Source: an uncultured Actinomycetota bacterium (GTDB lineage Bacteria; Actinomycetota; Actinomycetes; Prado026). Taken from it: a DNA stretch of 64,000 bases. Made by a program: the position numbers and the translations under genes. The notes under the pieces are model-generated. The model saw only the letters and a list, made by a program, of their open reading frames with translations, was not told where the DNA came from and ran no database searches. Shown one piece after another: positions 39,063 through 55,157 of this stretch. Position 1 is the stretch's first letter. Each line of letters begins with the position of its first letter. The DNA is taken from the NCBI GenBank assembly GCA_963819215.1, contig CAWFVK010000001.1, positions 181,229 through 245,228 of the forward strand. The letters run 5' to 3'.

Positions 39063-39121
39063 CGTCACGCCGTCGGCGCCGAGTCAGGCTACCGGACTCC
39101 GGGGGTGGCTCCCAACCGGGA

Positions 39122-39552
39122 TCAGTCGGTCTCGGTCAAGGTGACGTCCACGCCGCCGACGACGCCGGTCGCGAGGTTGAACATGAAGGCGATCAACGTC
39201 GAGAGCGCCGTCAGCAGGACGATGTCGATCATCGCGATCACGAACGCGACCGCCATGATCCGCCCGAAGCCGAGGTAGGTGGCGAACTGAGCGGCGGCGG
39301 CGTCGTCGCTGACCTTCTGCACCGTCGACACGATCTGGTCGAAGACCCCGGCGGCGGACAGGATCGACCACAGCAGCGCGGTCGTCACGAGGATGACGAT
39401 CGCCAGCCCGATCGACAGGGCGAACGAGAGCTTCATGACCGACCACGGGTCGACCTTGGTGACGGCGACACGAGCGCGGCGGACCGGCTGCACCGGCCGG
39501 CCACCGGGGACGGAGGTCACCACCGTCCCTCGGCTCGTCCGCTCGTCGGTAC

Positions 39553-39556
<4 letters not shown>
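39122..39556 (-). CDS. DUF3566-domain membrane protein (Rv0007-like)
   Basis: The product reads ...[41 protein letters not shown]..., a two-TM family conserved next to gyrA. Its stop overlaps the region of the gyrA stop. Confidence 0.75.
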
Positions 39557-44435
<4,879 letters not shown>

Positions 44436-45054
44436 CTAGCCGTATGTGTCGCGGGGTCCCCGACCACGGACGTGCAGCTGGCCCTTCCGCCAGGACGGAC
44501 GACCGGGTCCGAGGACCAGGACCTTGGTCACCGTGCCGTCCCCGCACTCATGGTTGAGCCGGGCGACCAGGGTGGGAGCCAGCAGCCGCACCTGGGTGGC
44601 CCAGGCGGTGGAGTCGGCGCGGACGGTGAGCACGGTCTCGTCGTACTGCTCAGGGGTGCAGTGGGCCGCGACCTCGGCGCCGACGACCTGGTCCCAGCGA
44701 CCCATCACCCCACCCACCGCGGCTGCGGTCTCCCAGCCGCGCTCCGCGATCAGGCGCTCGACCGATCGACCCAGCAGCTGAGGGTCCCGGTCGTCGGCCT
44801 GGGCCCCGCTCCGACGCTGGGCGCGACGGCTCACCGCGACGGGCTGCCTGACGTTCACTGCGGCGTGCGCCCGAGGCTCGGGCGTCGGCCTTGGCCCTGG
44901 CCAGCATCGAGCGCGCGAGGTCGATCCCCGACTCCGGGGGCACCGCGACGGCTTCTGGTCGCTCCGCCGGCATCGCGACGGCTTCTGGTCGCTCCACGGG
45001 TACCGCGACGGGATCCGGTCCCTCCGCGGGCGCCGGGTTCGTCTCGTCAGCCAC
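44436..45054 (-). CDS. DUF721-domain protein (DciA-like, Rv0004 position)
   Basis: The C-terminal DUF721 region reads [78 protein letters not shown]. The N-terminal disordered region ([21 protein letters not shown]) is in another frame. It sits between recF and gyrB. Confidence 0.6.
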
Positions 45055-46181
45055 TGGGGTGCACCTCCCCGTCCCTGACGTCGACGCGGTCGCCCGAGAG
45101 CGCTGTGGGGACATCCTGCGCCACCGCGGCCGTCACGAGCACCTGTTCGGCCGGGGCGACGAGCTCAGCCAGCCGGTCGCGCCGGTCGACGTCCAGCTCG
45201 GCGAAGACGTCGTCGAGGATCAGCACCGGCTCGCCGCCGTCCGCGGTCAGCAGGTCGTAGGACGCGAGTCGCAGAGCCAGCGCGAACGACCAGGACTCGC
45301 CGTGACTGGCGTAACCCTTCGCCGGCAGCTCACCGAGCCCCAGGAAGAGCTCGTCGCGGTGCGGACCCACCAGCGAGATCCCACGGTCGAGCTCTTGCCG
45401 GCGCACGGCAGCCAGCGCCGCGAGCAGCTGGTCGGCGAGCGCTGCCCGGTCCGTGCCGAGGTCGGCCTCCCGGTCCAGGCTCGACACGTAGCGCAGGACC
45501 GTCGGCGCGGATCCGGTGGCCAGGGCCGCGTACGCCCGTGCCACCAACGGACGGAGCAGCGCGACGAGCTCGATCCGGGCCGCGAGCAGCTCCGAGCCGG
45601 TCGTCGCGAGGTGGCTGTCCCAGACGTCCAGCGTCGGCAGGTCGGTGCTGGCGCCGCGGCCGCGCATCGCCGACCCAGCCGACTTGAGCAGGGCGTTGCG
45701 CTGCTTCAGCACACGGTCGTAGTCGGCGCGCACGCCGGCGAGCCGCGGCGTCCGGGCCACCAGCAGCTCGTCGAGGAAGTGCCGGCGATCGGACGGGTCG
45801 GCCTTGACCAGGGCGAGGTCCTCGGGCGCGAACAGCACGGTGCGGAGGAGGCCGAGCACCTCGCGCGGCCTGGGCACCGGCGACCGGTTGATGCGCGCCC
45901 GGTTCGCTTTGCCCGGCGTGATCTCCAGCTCGACCAGCGTGGAGCGGTCGTCACGGACGACGTTCGTGCGCACGACGGCGCGGTCCGCGCCGTGCCGGAC
46001 CAACGGGGCGTCGGACGCGACGCGGTGGCTGCCGAGGGTGGCGACGTACCCGAGGGCCTCGACCAGGTTCGTCTTGCCCTGACCGTTGGGGCCGACGAGC
46101 GAGGTGACGCCCGGGCGGAGCGGGAGCTCGACGCGCCGCGTACGAACGGAAGTCGGCGAGGGACAGGTGTGAGACGAACAC
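45047..46181 (-). CDS. recF: DNA replication and repair protein RecF (frame break near 45960)
   Basis: The GTG at 46181 gives [14 protein letters not shown]. The Walker A region is in a shifted frame. The main frame carries [11 protein letters not shown]...[40 protein letters not shown]...[12 protein letters not shown]. Confidence 0.8.
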
Positions 46182-46212
46182 GGAGAGCCGAGCTAGCGGC
46201 GTGCGGCGAACG

Positions 46213-47358
46213 TCACCCTGACATCCGGACGGGCATCAGGAGGTACCGGTAGGCGCCGCCCACACCGCCGTCACCGGCAGCAACTCCCTCGGCGACACCC
46301 CCGGTGAGGACGGCCGGTTTGGTGGCCGTCGTGAACGAGAGTCGCGCGACGGGGGAGTCGCAGGCACCAAGGCCGTCAAGCAGGAACTGCGGGTTGAAAG
46401 CGATGGTGATCGGGTCGCCGTCGAGCGAGCAGGCCAGGGCCTCCTGGGCCTCGGCCTCGTCGCCCGCGCCGGCGTTGAGCTGGAGCTCGCCGGCCTCGAA
46501 GGTGAGGCGGACCGGGGTGTTCCGCTCGGCGACGAGCGCGACGCGCTTGACGGCATCAACCAGCGCGCCGGTGTCGACGTCCGCAACGGTCAGGGCCTCG
46601 GCCGGGAGCAACGCGCGGTACTTCGGGAACTCGCCCTCGAGCAGGCGCGTCGTGGTGCGTCGACCACCGCCGTCGAACCCCATCAGGCCTTCTCCGGACG
46701 CGCCGTTCGCGAGGGCGATCGCCACCGTGTCCGCACCGACGAGGGCCTTGGCGGTGTCGGCGAGGGTCTTGGCGGGGACGAGCGCGACCGCATCGAGCCC
46801 GGTCTGCTCCGGCTGCCAGCTGAACTCGCGAACGGCGAGCCGGTAGCGGTCGGTAGCGGCCAGGGTCACCGTGGGACCCGCGATCTCGACCCGGATGCCC
46901 GTGAGCACCGGCAGCGTGTCGTCGCGCCCGGCGGCGATCGCTACCTGGGCGACGGCGGCCGCGAACAGGCTCGAGGAGAGGCTGCCGGTCACGCTCGGCA
47001 TGTCCGGCAGCGTGGGGTACTCGTCGACCGGAAGCGTCAGCAGCGAGAACCGGGCGCTGCCGCAGAGCAGCTGGACCTTGGGCCCCTCAGTGCTGATCTC
47101 GACCGGCCGGGCCGGCAGGCTGCGCGCGATGTCGGCGAGCAGGCGACCGGAGACCAGGGCGCGACCGGGCTCGAGCACGTCCGCGGCGATGGTCACCCTG
47201 GCCGACACCTCGTAGTCGAACCCGGACAGGCTCAGGCCCTCGGGTCCGGCCTCGAGCAGGAGGCCGGCGAGCACCGGCAGCGGGGGACGCGCGGGCAGGC
47301 TGCGAGCCGTCCACGCCACGGCCTCGGCGAGAACGTCTCGCTCCACGCGGAACCGCAC
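46213..47358 (-). CDS. dnaN: DNA polymerase III beta sliding clamp
   Basis: AAGGAGG lies 5 nt upstream of the GTG at 47358. The product reads VRFRVERDVLAEAVAWTARSLPARPPLPVLAGLLLEAGPEGLSLSGFDYEVS... Confidence 0.85.
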   Translation of the reverse strand: MRFRVERDVLAEAVAWTARSLPARPPLPVLAGLLLEAGPEGLSLSGFDYEVSARVTIAADVLEPGRALVSGRLLADIARSLPARPVEISTEGPKVQLLCGSARFSLLTLPVDEYPTLPDMPSVTGSLSSSLFAAAVAQVAIAAGRDDTLPVLTGIRVEIAGPTVTLAATDRYRLAVREFSWQPEQTGLDAVALVPAKTLADTAKALVGADTVAIALANGASGEGLMGFDGGGRRTTTRLLEGEFPKYRALLPAEALTVADVDTGALVDAVKRVALVAERNTPVRLTFEAGELQLNAGAGDEAEAQEALACSLDGDPITIAFNPQFLLDGLGACDSPVARLSFTTATKPAVLTGGVAEGVAAGDGGVGGAYRYLLMPVRMSG

Positions 47359-47382
47359 GGATCCTCCTTGGATGGGCAACAC

Positions 47383-47813
47383 GGGTCAGACGTGCTTCTT
47401 GAAGTGAGCTGAGCGGTCGTGCCTTTGACCGTAGAGGTTGAGGCTGACACGTCCGGAATGCTCGGGTCACCCTACGACCTCACGGCTTCCCCAGGTTCTC
47501 GAGTCCTTGACTTGATGGGCTTTCCCTCTGCATAGGGCTTTTCATCGTCTTCATAGGGCCGGTGGAAACTGTGGATAACTGACGTCTTCGCAGGCCGAAC
47601 AGCGTGGCGTCGTCCACGGGAGCTGTGGGTACCAGGTGGACGACCGGTCGCACGCGGTGGATTTCGAACGGGATCACACACGTGTCGTGCCGCTCGTCCA
47701 CGGGTTCTCCCCTGTCCGTCCACAGATCCACAGGGTTGTCCACAGGTTGTGTACTCAGGGTGATTGCGGTAGGGCGATCGTCACCGCGCGTCACGGGGTG
47801 AGGGTGTCTGGGC
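47383..47813. promoter_or_regulatory. oriC (dnaA-dnaN intergenic) with clustered DnaA boxes
   Basis: DnaA boxes are visible at TGTGGATAA (47570-47578) and TCGTCCACG (about 47610). A run at about 47696-47746 carries CTCGTCCACGG, CCGTCCACA, GATCCACAG and TTGTCCACA. The GC content here is locally lower. Confidence 0.75.
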
Positions 47814-49325
47814 TCAGCTGCGGGTCTGCGACTTGATCCGGTTCGTGAGCTCGGTGACCTGGTTGTAGACGCTCCGGCGCTCGGCCATGAGCTGACGGAT
47901 CTTGCGGTCGGCGTGCATCACGGTGGTGTGGTCCCGGCCACCGAACTGCTGTCCGATCTTGGGGAGCGAGAGGTCGGTGAGCTCACGGCAGAGGTACATG
48001 GCGATCTGCCGCGCCGTGACGAGCACGCGCGAGCGCGAGGCGCCGCACAGGTCTTCCATGGAGAGCCCGAAGTAGGCCGCGGTCTGGGCCATGATCGTCG
48101 CCGAGGTGATCTCGGGGCCGGCCGAGTCGGTGATGAGGTCCTTGAGCACGACCTCGGCAAGAGCGAGGTCGACCGGCTGCCGGTTGAGGCTCGCGAAGGC
48201 GGTGACCCGGATCAGGGCGCCCTCGAGCTCGCGGATGTTCGTCGAGATCTTGCTGCCGATGTACTCGAGCACCTCGGGCGGGGCGGACAGGCGCTCCTGG
48301 GCGGCCTTCTTGCGCAGGATGGCGATCCGGGTCTCGATGTCGGGGGGCTGGACGTCGGTGATCAGGCCCCACTCGAACCGCGAGCGCATGCGTTCCTCGA
48401 ACTCACCTAGCAGCTTCGGCGGCTTGTCCGAGGTGATGACGATCTGCTTGTTCGCGTTGTGCAGGGTGTTGAAGGTGTGGAAGAACTCCTCCTGCGTCTG
48501 GACCTTGCCTTGCAGGAACTGGATGTCATCGACGAGCAGGACGTCGACCTCGCGGTACCGCCGCTGGAAGTTCGCGGCCTTGTCGTCGCGGATCGAGTTG
48601 ATGAACTCGTTGGTGAACTCCTCCGAGCTGACGTACCTGACACGCGCGCCCGAGTAGAGGTTGCGGGCGTAGTGGCCGATCGCGTGGAGCAGGTGGGTCT
48701 TGCCGAGCCCGGACTCCCCGTAGACGAACAGCGGGTTGTACGCCTTGGCCGGTGCCTCGGCGACGGCGACCGCTGCCGCGTGCGCGAACCGGTTCGACGA
48801 GCCGATGACGAAGGTGTCGAAGGTGTACTTCGGGTTCAGCCGGCTCGGCTCGTGATCGCGCCGAGCGCCGGGCTGACCGGAGCCAGGACGCGTAGGGGTC
48901 GGCACGAAGGGATCAGGTTCACGCTGCTGGTGCTCGTCGAGGCGTCGCACGTTGTGCTGCGGACCGGCGGAGGCTGCGTCGAGGTCGGCGGCGAAGGTGC
49001 CGTCCGCGACGTCGTCGGTGAGGTCGTCGAGCGGGGACTCGCTGCCGGCTGCTGACGGGTCGACGGTCACCGCGATCTGGACGTCGGACCCGAGCTCCTC
49101 CGCCAAGGCCTCGGTCAGCACGGTCCGGAGCCGGTTCTCGATGACGTCCCTGGCGAAGTCGTTGGGCGCCGCGATGAGGACCGTGTCGCCGACCAGGGCC
49201 ATCGGCCGGGTCAGCCGGAGGAAGGCGCGGTGCTGCGGGGAGAGCGTGCCGTCAGCGAGCCCAGCAAGGGTGCGACCCCAGACCGCCGCCAGCCTGTCTT
49301 CCGCTACGTCGGCTGGCTCCGCCAC
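47814..49325 (-). CDS. dnaA: chromosomal replication initiator DnaA
   Basis: GAGGAG precedes the GTG at 49325. The AAA+ domain reads [22 protein letters not shown] with Walker [11 protein letters not shown]. The DNA-binding domain IV reads [16 protein letters not shown]. Confidence 0.9.
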   Translation of the reverse strand: MAEPADVAEDRLAAVWGRTLAGLADGTLSPQHRAFLRLTRPMALVGDTVLIAAPNDFARDVIENRLRTVLTEALAEELGSDVQIAVTVDPSAAGSESPLDDLTDDVADGTFAADLDAASAGPQHNVRRLDEHQQREPDPFVPTPTRPGSGQPGARRDHEPSRLNPKYTFDTFVIGSSNRFAHAAAVAVAEAPAKAYNPLFVYGESGLGKTHLLHAIGHYARNLYSGARVRYVSSEEFTNEFINSIRDDKAANFQRRYREVDVLLVDDIQFLQGKVQTQEEFFHTFNTLHNANKQIVITSDKPPKLLGEFEERMRSRFEWGLITDVQPPDIETRIAILRKKAAQERLSAPPEVLEYIGSKISTNIRELEGALIRVTAFASLNRQPVDLALAEVVLKDLITDSAGPEITSATIMAQTAAYFGLSMEDLCGASRSRVLVTARQIAMYLCRELTDLSLPKIGQQFGGRDHTTVMHADRKIRQLMAERRSVYNQVTELTNRIKSQTRS

Positions 49326-49839
49326 CGGTGGGGTCTCCTCGGTCTGGTGTTGCGGGAGTGAACGACCGATTCGTCCACACGGTCGTCCACAGGCTGTGTA
49401 CGGCGGTTCGGACCGGTTTGACCGGATCGAAGACCGAAGGTGTGGCGCCGGACGCTACTCAGGGCGAGCGCCCGGCAGCAAGCGGTTGTCCACAATGGGC
49501 CGCCTCAACGTCGAGAGCCAGTCCTTCGCTCCTTGCAGCGTGTCGAACCGTACACCCGCCAGGGGTTGCGTGATGATGGAAGATTCGACCGTCGGTGTTC
49601 CGTCCCGAGGCTTGCCGAGGGACCAGCAATCCTGGGCCGCCGCAGCGCCGCAGGCCCTCGTTTGACCCGTCCGTGACCGCGCACGTACCGTAGGAGAGCC
49701 GAGTAGTCGGCGGCTGCTGTCCCGTGCTTGCTCTCGTTGCGCATCATCCATTGATGGGCAGTCGAGGTAGGCGTCGGATGGCAGCCTTCCCCCGCACGCT
49801 GTCCGCACCGTGCGGCCTTTCCTTCCCGGGAGCATCACC
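49326..49839. promoter_or_regulatory. dnaA-rpmH divergent promoter region with additional DnaA boxes
   Basis: Boxes are visible at TTCGTCCACA (49371-80), GTCGTCCACA (49383-92) and GTTGTCCACAA (49485-95). Confidence 0.5.
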
Positions 49840-49976
49840 GTGAGCAAGCGCACCTACCAGCCGAACAACCGCCGCCGGGCGAAGACGCACGGTTTCCGGC
49901 TGCGCATGAGGACGCGTGCCGGCCGGTCGATCCTGTCCACCCGTCGCCGCAAGGGCCGCGCCGAGCTCTCCGCCTG
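49840..49976 (+). CDS. rpmH: 50S ribosomal protein L34 (1-nt deletion in the gccggccgg run)
   Basis: The GTG gives [27 protein letters not shown]. After a frame slip it continues ..[18 protein letters not shown]. This ORF is absent from the ORF track because of the indel. Confidence 0.7.
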
Positions 49977-49992
49977 ACCGTCGGGCCTGCTG

Positions 49993-50355
49993 ATGCTCGC
50001 TAGCCGCAACCGGCTTCGCGACAGCGCAGAGTTCACCGCAGTCGTCCGCAAGGGCCGGCGGGCGGGGCGCACCCACCTCGTGGTGCACCTGCTCCCCACC
50101 AGCACCGACGGGCCGCCCCGGGTCGGCTTCGTCGTCAGCAAGGCAGTAGGAGGTGCCGTGGTCCGCAACACCGTGACGCGTCGGCTCCGCGCTGCCGTGC
50201 GCGAGCGCCTCGACCTCCTGCCCGCAGGTTCGCTGGCTGTCGTGCGCGCGTTGCCGGCCTCGGCGGCGGCGTCCTCTGTCGAGCTCGGCGCCGATCTCGA
50301 CAGCGCCCTGGGCCGACTGCTCCGCTCCACGCCCGCCGTCGACGTCGCGCGATGA
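49993..50355 (+). CDS. rnpA: ribonuclease P protein component
   Basis: The product reads [33 protein letters not shown]...[24 protein letters not shown]. Confidence 0.8.
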   Translation: MLASRNRLRDSAEFTAVVRKGRRAGRTHLVVHLLPTSTDGPPRVGFVVSKAVGGAVVRNTVTRRLRAAVRERLDLLPAGSLAVVRALPASAAASSVELGADLDSALGRLLRSTPAVDVAR

Positions 50356-50744
50356 GCGGCCTCGAGCGTGCCGTGCGGCTCGTCATCAGCCTGCCGCGCC
50401 TGCTGCTCGTGGGTGCCATCCGCGTCTACCAGCTCGTGGTGTCCCCATGGACCCCGGCCTCGTGCCGCTTCTACCCGTCCTGCTCGGCTTACGCAGCCAC
50501 CGCGCTGCAGCGCCACGGTGTGCTGCGGGGCGGTTGGCTCGCGGTGCGCCGGCTCGGTCGTTGCCATCCCTGGACGGCCGGTGGCGTGGACCACGTACCG
50601 CCTGCCAGGGCGCGGCACCAGCACGGAGCGCACCCTGGGCATGGGGCGCACACTAGGCATGGGGCGCACACTGGGCAGGGCACCCACGCCGGGCGCGGCG
50701 CCGGTGCACCAGCATCGCTGACGCCGATGAACACAGGAGCCTGA
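50352..50744 (+). CDS. yidD: membrane protein insertion efficiency factor YidD with His/Gly-rich repeat tail
   Basis: The product reads [69 protein letters not shown]. The tail reads [29 protein letters not shown] and is encoded by an about 21-bp tandem repeat. Confidence 0.75.
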   Translation: MSGLERAVRLVISLPRLLLVGAIRVYQLVVSPWTPASCRFYPSCSAYAATALQRHGVLRGGWLAVRRLGRCHPWTAGGVDHVPPARARHQHGAHPGHGAHTRHGAHTGQGTHAGRGAGAPASLTPMNTGA

Positions 50745-50745
50745 C

Positions 50746-51711
50746 GTGCCGCACTTGCTCAACCCGCTCTACGACGCGGTGTCGTGGGTGCTCCTGCAGT
50801 TCCACTCGATGTGGAGCCACATCTTCCCGCCGACGTCCGGCGCGGCGTGGTCCCTGTCGATCGTCATGCTCGTGGTCGTCCTGCGGATCGCCCTGATCCC
50901 GGTCTTCGTCAAGCAGATCAAGGCCCAGCGCGGCCTGCAGATGCTCCAGCCGCAGATGAAGGCGCTGCAGACGAAGTACAAGAACGACCGCGCGAAGCTC
51001 GCCGAGGAGATGCAGAAGCTCTACAAGGAGACGGGCACCAACCCGCTCTCGAGCTGCCTCCCGCTGCTCGTCCAGTCACCGTTCTTCCTGGCGCTGTACC
51101 ACGTCCTGTCGATGATCTCGAAGGGCCAGACCGTCGGTGTCATCACCAGCATGGCCACGGTCCACTCGATGCAGAACGCGCTCTTCTTCGGAGCGCCCAT
51201 CTCGGCCTCGTTCATCCACTCGACCGACCTGAACACCAAGATCGTCGCGGCCGTGATGATCGTGCTGATGACGGCCACCACGTTCACCACCCAGCGCCAG
51301 CTCATGGTCAAGAACATGGCGACCGACTCGGCGAACCCGATGGCGCAGCAGCAGAAGATCCTGCTCTACGTCCTGCCGTTCGTCTTCCTGGTCACCGGCA
51401 TCAACTTCCCGATCGGCGTGCTGATCTACTGGCTCACAACGAACCTGTGGACGATGGGGCAGCAGTTCTACGTCATCCACAACAACCCGACGCCTGGCTC
51501 GCCCGCGTACGCGGCGTGGGAGGCTCGCAAGGCCGCGAAGGCCGCGAAGTCGCTGCCCAGCGCGAGCGCGGCAGATGGCTCGGGCGCGATCGTGGTCGAA
51601 GAGCCGGTGCCGGTGGTCAAGCGGCAGCAGCCCAAGAGACAGACGAAGTCCCAGCGTGCGACCGTGACCGCACCGAAGAAGCCGCCCGAGTCCCAGCACA
51701 CCGACGCCTGA
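50746..51711 (+). CDS. yidC: membrane protein insertase YidC
   Basis: The 321-aa product reads ...[73 protein letters not shown]... Confidence 0.85.
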   Translation: MPHLLNPLYDAVSWVLLQFHSMWSHIFPPTSGAAWSLSIVMLVVVLRIALIPVFVKQIKAQRGLQMLQPQMKALQTKYKNDRAKLAEEMQKLYKETGTNPLSSCLPLLVQSPFFLALYHVLSMISKGQTVGVITSMATVHSMQNALFFGAPISASFIHSTDLNTKIVAAVMIVLMTATTFTTQRQLMVKNMATDSANPMAQQQKILLYVLPFVFLVTGINFPIGVLIYWLTTNLWTMGQQFYVIHNNPTPGSPAYAAWEARKAAKAAKSLPSASAADGSGAIVVEEPVPVVKRQQPKRQTKSQRATVTAPKKPPESQHTDA

Positions 51712-51804
51712 CACCTGACGCGCTCGCCGCGCTGGCGCCGGCGCGGCGCCCCCGACCGTGCGGTCGACCATGACCGACCCATCCCGAACCAGACGGAGAA
51801 TCCT

Positions 51805-52446
51805 GTGAGCGAGTCCACCGACGTCCATGAGGTCGACGCTGTGCAGGGTGACGACGCCCAGCCGGTGGCGGCTGAGCCCGGCGAGGCGACTGCCTCCGAG
51901 GCGGCGGAGCTCGACGAGGCAGCCGACTCCGAGGCGGGTGTCCCCGAGGCCGGGAGCCCGGAGACGTCATCGCGTCCGGAGCGTGCCGGGAGCAAGCACC
52001 TCGTCGCGGAAGGTGACATCGCCGCCGACTACCTCGAGGGGCTCCTCGACATCGCGGACCTCGACGGCGACATCGACATGGACGTCGAGGGCGATCGGGC
52101 CATCGTCTCCATCGAGGGCGGCGACCTCAAGATGCTCGTCGGGCGCGGCGGCGAGGTGCTCGACGCCCTGCAGGAGCTCACGCGGCTGGCGGTCCTTCGG
52201 GAGACCGGGGAGCGCAGCCGGCTCATGCTCGACATCGACGGGTTCCGCGCGCGCAAGAAGGTCGAGCTCACCGAGCTCGGGACTGCGGCCGCGAAGGACG
52301 CCAAAGAGAGCGGCGAGCGCGTCGCGCTGAAGCCGATGACGCCGTTCGAGCGCAAGGTTGTGCACGACGCAGTCGCTGCCGCCGGACTCACGAGCGAGTC
52401 TGAGGGCGTCGAGCCCATGCGCCATGTGGTGGTTCTCCCCGGGTGA
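51805..52446 (+). CDS. jag: Jag/KhpB-family RNA-binding protein (KH plus R3H)
   Basis: The acidic N-terminus is followed by ...AADYLEGLLDIADLDGDIDMDVEGDRAIVSIEGGDLKMLVGRGGEVLDALQELTR...FRARKKVELTELGTAAA. The R3H region reads KPMTPFERKVVHDAVAAAGLTSESEG. Confidence 0.75.
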   Translation: MSESTDVHEVDAVQGDDAQPVAAEPGEATASEAAELDEAADSEAGVPEAGSPETSSRPERAGSKHLVAEGDIAADYLEGLLDIADLDGDIDMDVEGDRAIVSIEGGDLKMLVGRGGEVLDALQELTRLAVLRETGERSRLMLDIDGFRARKKVELTELGTAAAKDAKESGERVALKPMTPFERKVVHDAVAAAGLTSESEGVEPMRHVVVLPG

Positions 52447-53187
52447 GCCAGCACGTTTCACGTGAAACGGCTGGTCTTGGGCCTGCACCTGCCTCCGCCG
52501 TCGCACCGGCCGAGGCCGTCGCCTACCTGGGCCCGTACCTGGGGCAGATGAGCCGGTATGTCGAGCTTCTCGCCAGCGACGGCGTTGAGCGCGGCCTGCT
52601 TGGGCCCCGCGAGGTACCGACGACTGTGGGACCGTCACGTGCTGAACTGCGCCGTCCTGGGCGAGCTGCTGCCGGTGGGCGCGTCGGTGGCGGACGTCGG
52701 AAGCGGGGCCGGTCTTCCTGGGCTGGTCCTGGCCATCGCTCGACCAGACCTTCGTGTGGTGCTGGTTGAGCCGTTGCTCCGTCGGACGGTCTTCTTGAAC
52801 GAGGTCATCGAGCGGCTGGAGCTGACGAACGTGCAGGTCGAGCGGCGCCGCGCCGAGGAACGATCGCCGAGCGCACAGGACCGCCCCCAGTTCGTCACTG
52901 CCCGTGCCGTTGCTCCCCTGGACCGGCTGGCCGGCTGGTGCCTGCCGATGCTGGATCCGGGAGGGGTGCTTCTCGCGATGAAGGGTGACTCGGCAAGCGC
53001 TGAGATCGCCGAGCACGCCGCTACGCTCGACCGACTCGGCGCTGTCGAGGTCGAGCTCGTCGAGGTGGGCCAAGGCATCGTCGAGCCAGCGACTCGGGTC
53101 GTCCGGATGGCCCGTGCGGGATCGTCGAGCGCGCCGCGAGCCGGCAAAGGCTCCACCGGAACAGCGACAGGGAAGAGGCGACGGTGA
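52443..53187 (+). CDS. rsmG: 16S rRNA (guanine527-N7)-methyltransferase RsmG/GidB (frame break near 52620)
   Basis: The product reads VSRETAGLG...AYLGPYLGQMSRYVELLASDGVERGLLGPREVP and, after the frame change, RLWDRHVLNCAVLGELLPVGASVADVGSGAGLPGLVLAIARPDL. Confidence 0.75.
52455..52468. promoter_or_regulatory. parS site (GTTTCACGTGAAAC perfect palindrome)
   Basis: Read directly. It matches the ParB-binding parS consensus tGTTtCAcGTGAAAca. It lies at the 5' end of rsmG. Confidence 0.8.
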
Positions 53188-54119
53188 CGGGAGACGCACT
53201 CGACCCGTCGAGCTCGACCAGCGTTTCACGTGAAACGGATGACTTCGACACCCCGCTGGCCCGGGCGGCCAGCAACGCGGTCAGTGTCAAGAACGGCACC
53301 GTCGGCGCTCTGCCCCGTCCCACGCAGACCCGCATCATGACGGTCGCGAACCAGAAGGGCGGCGTCGGCAAGACGACGTCGACCGTCAACCTGGCCGCCG
53401 CGCTCGCCCTGCACGGCCTTCGCGTGCTGGTGCTTGACCTGGACCCCCAAGGCAACGCCTCGACGGCGCTCGGTGTCCCCCATCAGGTCGGCACCCCCAG
53501 CGTCTACGAGGTCCTGGTCGACGGTCAGCCCTTGGGTGAGGTGATCCAGGCCGTCGACGGCATCCCCGGCCTGTTCGCAGCCCCGGCGACCATCGATCTG
53601 GCCGGCGCGGAGATCGAGCTGGTCTCGTTGGTGGCTCGAGAGTCCCGGCTCAAGCGGGCGCTGGCCGCTTATGTGCCTGAGGGCGGCCGGCTCGACTACG
53701 TGCTGATCGACTGCCCGCCTTCGCTCGGCCTGCTCACCGTGAACGCGATGGTGGCCGCCGAGGAAGTGTTCATCCCGATCCAGTGCGAGTACTACGCACT
53801 GGAGGGGCTCGGTCAGCTCGTCCGCAACGTCGAGCTCGTGCGCGCGCACCTCAACCCCGAGCTGCACGTCTCGACCATCCTCCTCACGATGTACGACGCG
53901 AGGACCCGGCTGGCCGCGCAGGTGGCTGACGAGGTCCGCGAGCACTTCACGGACAAGGTGCTGAAGACAGTGATCCCGCGGTCCGTCCGTGTCAGCGAGG
54001 CGCCCAGCTACGGTCAGACGGTGATGACGTACGACCCCGGGTCCAGCGGAGCGCTCTCCTACCTCGAGGCCGCCCGCGAGCTGGCCCGGCAGGGTGTCAC
54101 GAGCAAGGAGCAGCCGTGA
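53184..54119 (+). CDS. parA: chromosome partitioning ATPase ParA/Soj
   Basis: The deviant Walker A reads [17 protein letters not shown]. Other conserved segments read [30 protein letters not shown] and [15 protein letters not shown]. Confidence 0.85.
   Translation: MTGDALDPSSSTSVSRETDDFDTPLARAASNAVSVKNGTVGALPRPTQTRIMTVANQKGGVGKTTSTVNLAAALALHGLRVLVLDLDPQGNASTALGVPHQVGTPSVYEVLVDGQPLGEVIQAVDGIPGLFAAPATIDLAGAEIELVSLVARESRLKRALAAYVPEGGRLDYVLIDCPPSLGLLTVNAMVAAEEVFIPIQCEYYALEGLGQLVRNVELVRAHLNPELHVSTILLTMYDARTRLAAQVADEVREHFTDKVLKTVIPRSVRVSEAPSYGQTVMTYDPGSSGALSYLEAARELARQGVTSKEQP
53223..53236. promoter_or_regulatory. parS site (GTTTCACGTGAAAC)
   Basis: An identical 14-bp palindrome sits at the 5' end of parA. 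Confidence 0.8.
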
Positions 54120-55157
54120 ATGTTCGACGTGGTGGCCTGGGACGTGGCCTGGGCGCGCTGATCCCGACGGCCCCGGACGAGCGTCCTCGGGACAGCGAAG
54201 GTGCACGGGACGATGCCGCGGCACCGTCCGGGCCGGCCGGGACGTCGCAGGCGTCCACCGGCGCGTCCATCGGCGCCTCCACCGGCGCGACTCAGGGCCC
54301 AGCAGAAGACACAGCTGAGCGCGCCGGGGTGGCGACCGGCGACGGATCGCTTGCCTACTTCGCCGATCTCGACGTCGCCAGCATCAGTCCCAACCCGCGC
54401 CAGCCCCGGACCGTGTTCGACGAGGAGGCGCTGGCCGAGCTGGTCCACTCCATCAAGGAGGTCGGGCTGCTCCAACCCGTGGTGGTCCGCGCGACCGGTG
54501 CGGGTCGCTACGAGCTGGTCATGGGTGAGCGGCGCTGGCGCGCGACCCAGGTCGCGGGGCTGACGTCGATCCCGGCCATCGTCCGTGAGACAGCCGACGA
54601 CGACCTGCTGCGCGACGCGCTGCTCGAGAACCTCCACCGCAGCCAGCTGAACCCCCTGGAAGAGGCTGCGGCGTACGACCAGCTGCTGCAGGACTTCGGC
54701 TGCACCCAGGAGGAGCTGGCCCGCCGGATCGGGCGTTCCCGGCCGCAGATCTCCAACACGCTCCGCCTGCTGAAGCTGCCTGCGCCCGTGCAACGGCGGG
54801 TGGCAGCGGGGGTGCTGAGTGCTGGCCATGCACGCGCGCTGCTCGGGCTGCCTACGCCCGAGGCACAAGAACGACTTGCGCTACGCATCGTCGCGGAAGG
54901 CCTCTCGGTGCGCGCCGTCGAGGAGATCGTGACCGTGGGCGACCAGGACGAACCGGACCAATGCACGGAAGTCGCGCGCGCGCCGGCCGACCGCCCCAGG
55001 CCTCACGGAGATCGCCGCCCGGCTCTCCGACCGCTACGAGACCCGGGTGCGGGTGGACGTCGGACGCACCCGCGGCACGATCACGGTCGACTTCGGCTCG
55101 CTCGACGACCTTCAGCGCATCATCGCGCTGATGGATCCCCCGCCGGCACCCGGCTAG
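54116..55157 (+). CDS. parB: chromosome partitioning protein ParB/Spo0J (frame break near 54980)
   Basis: The product reads [85 protein letters not shown]. The HTH region reads ..[25 protein letters not shown]. The C-terminus reads [42 protein letters not shown] in a shifted frame. Confidence 0.8.
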
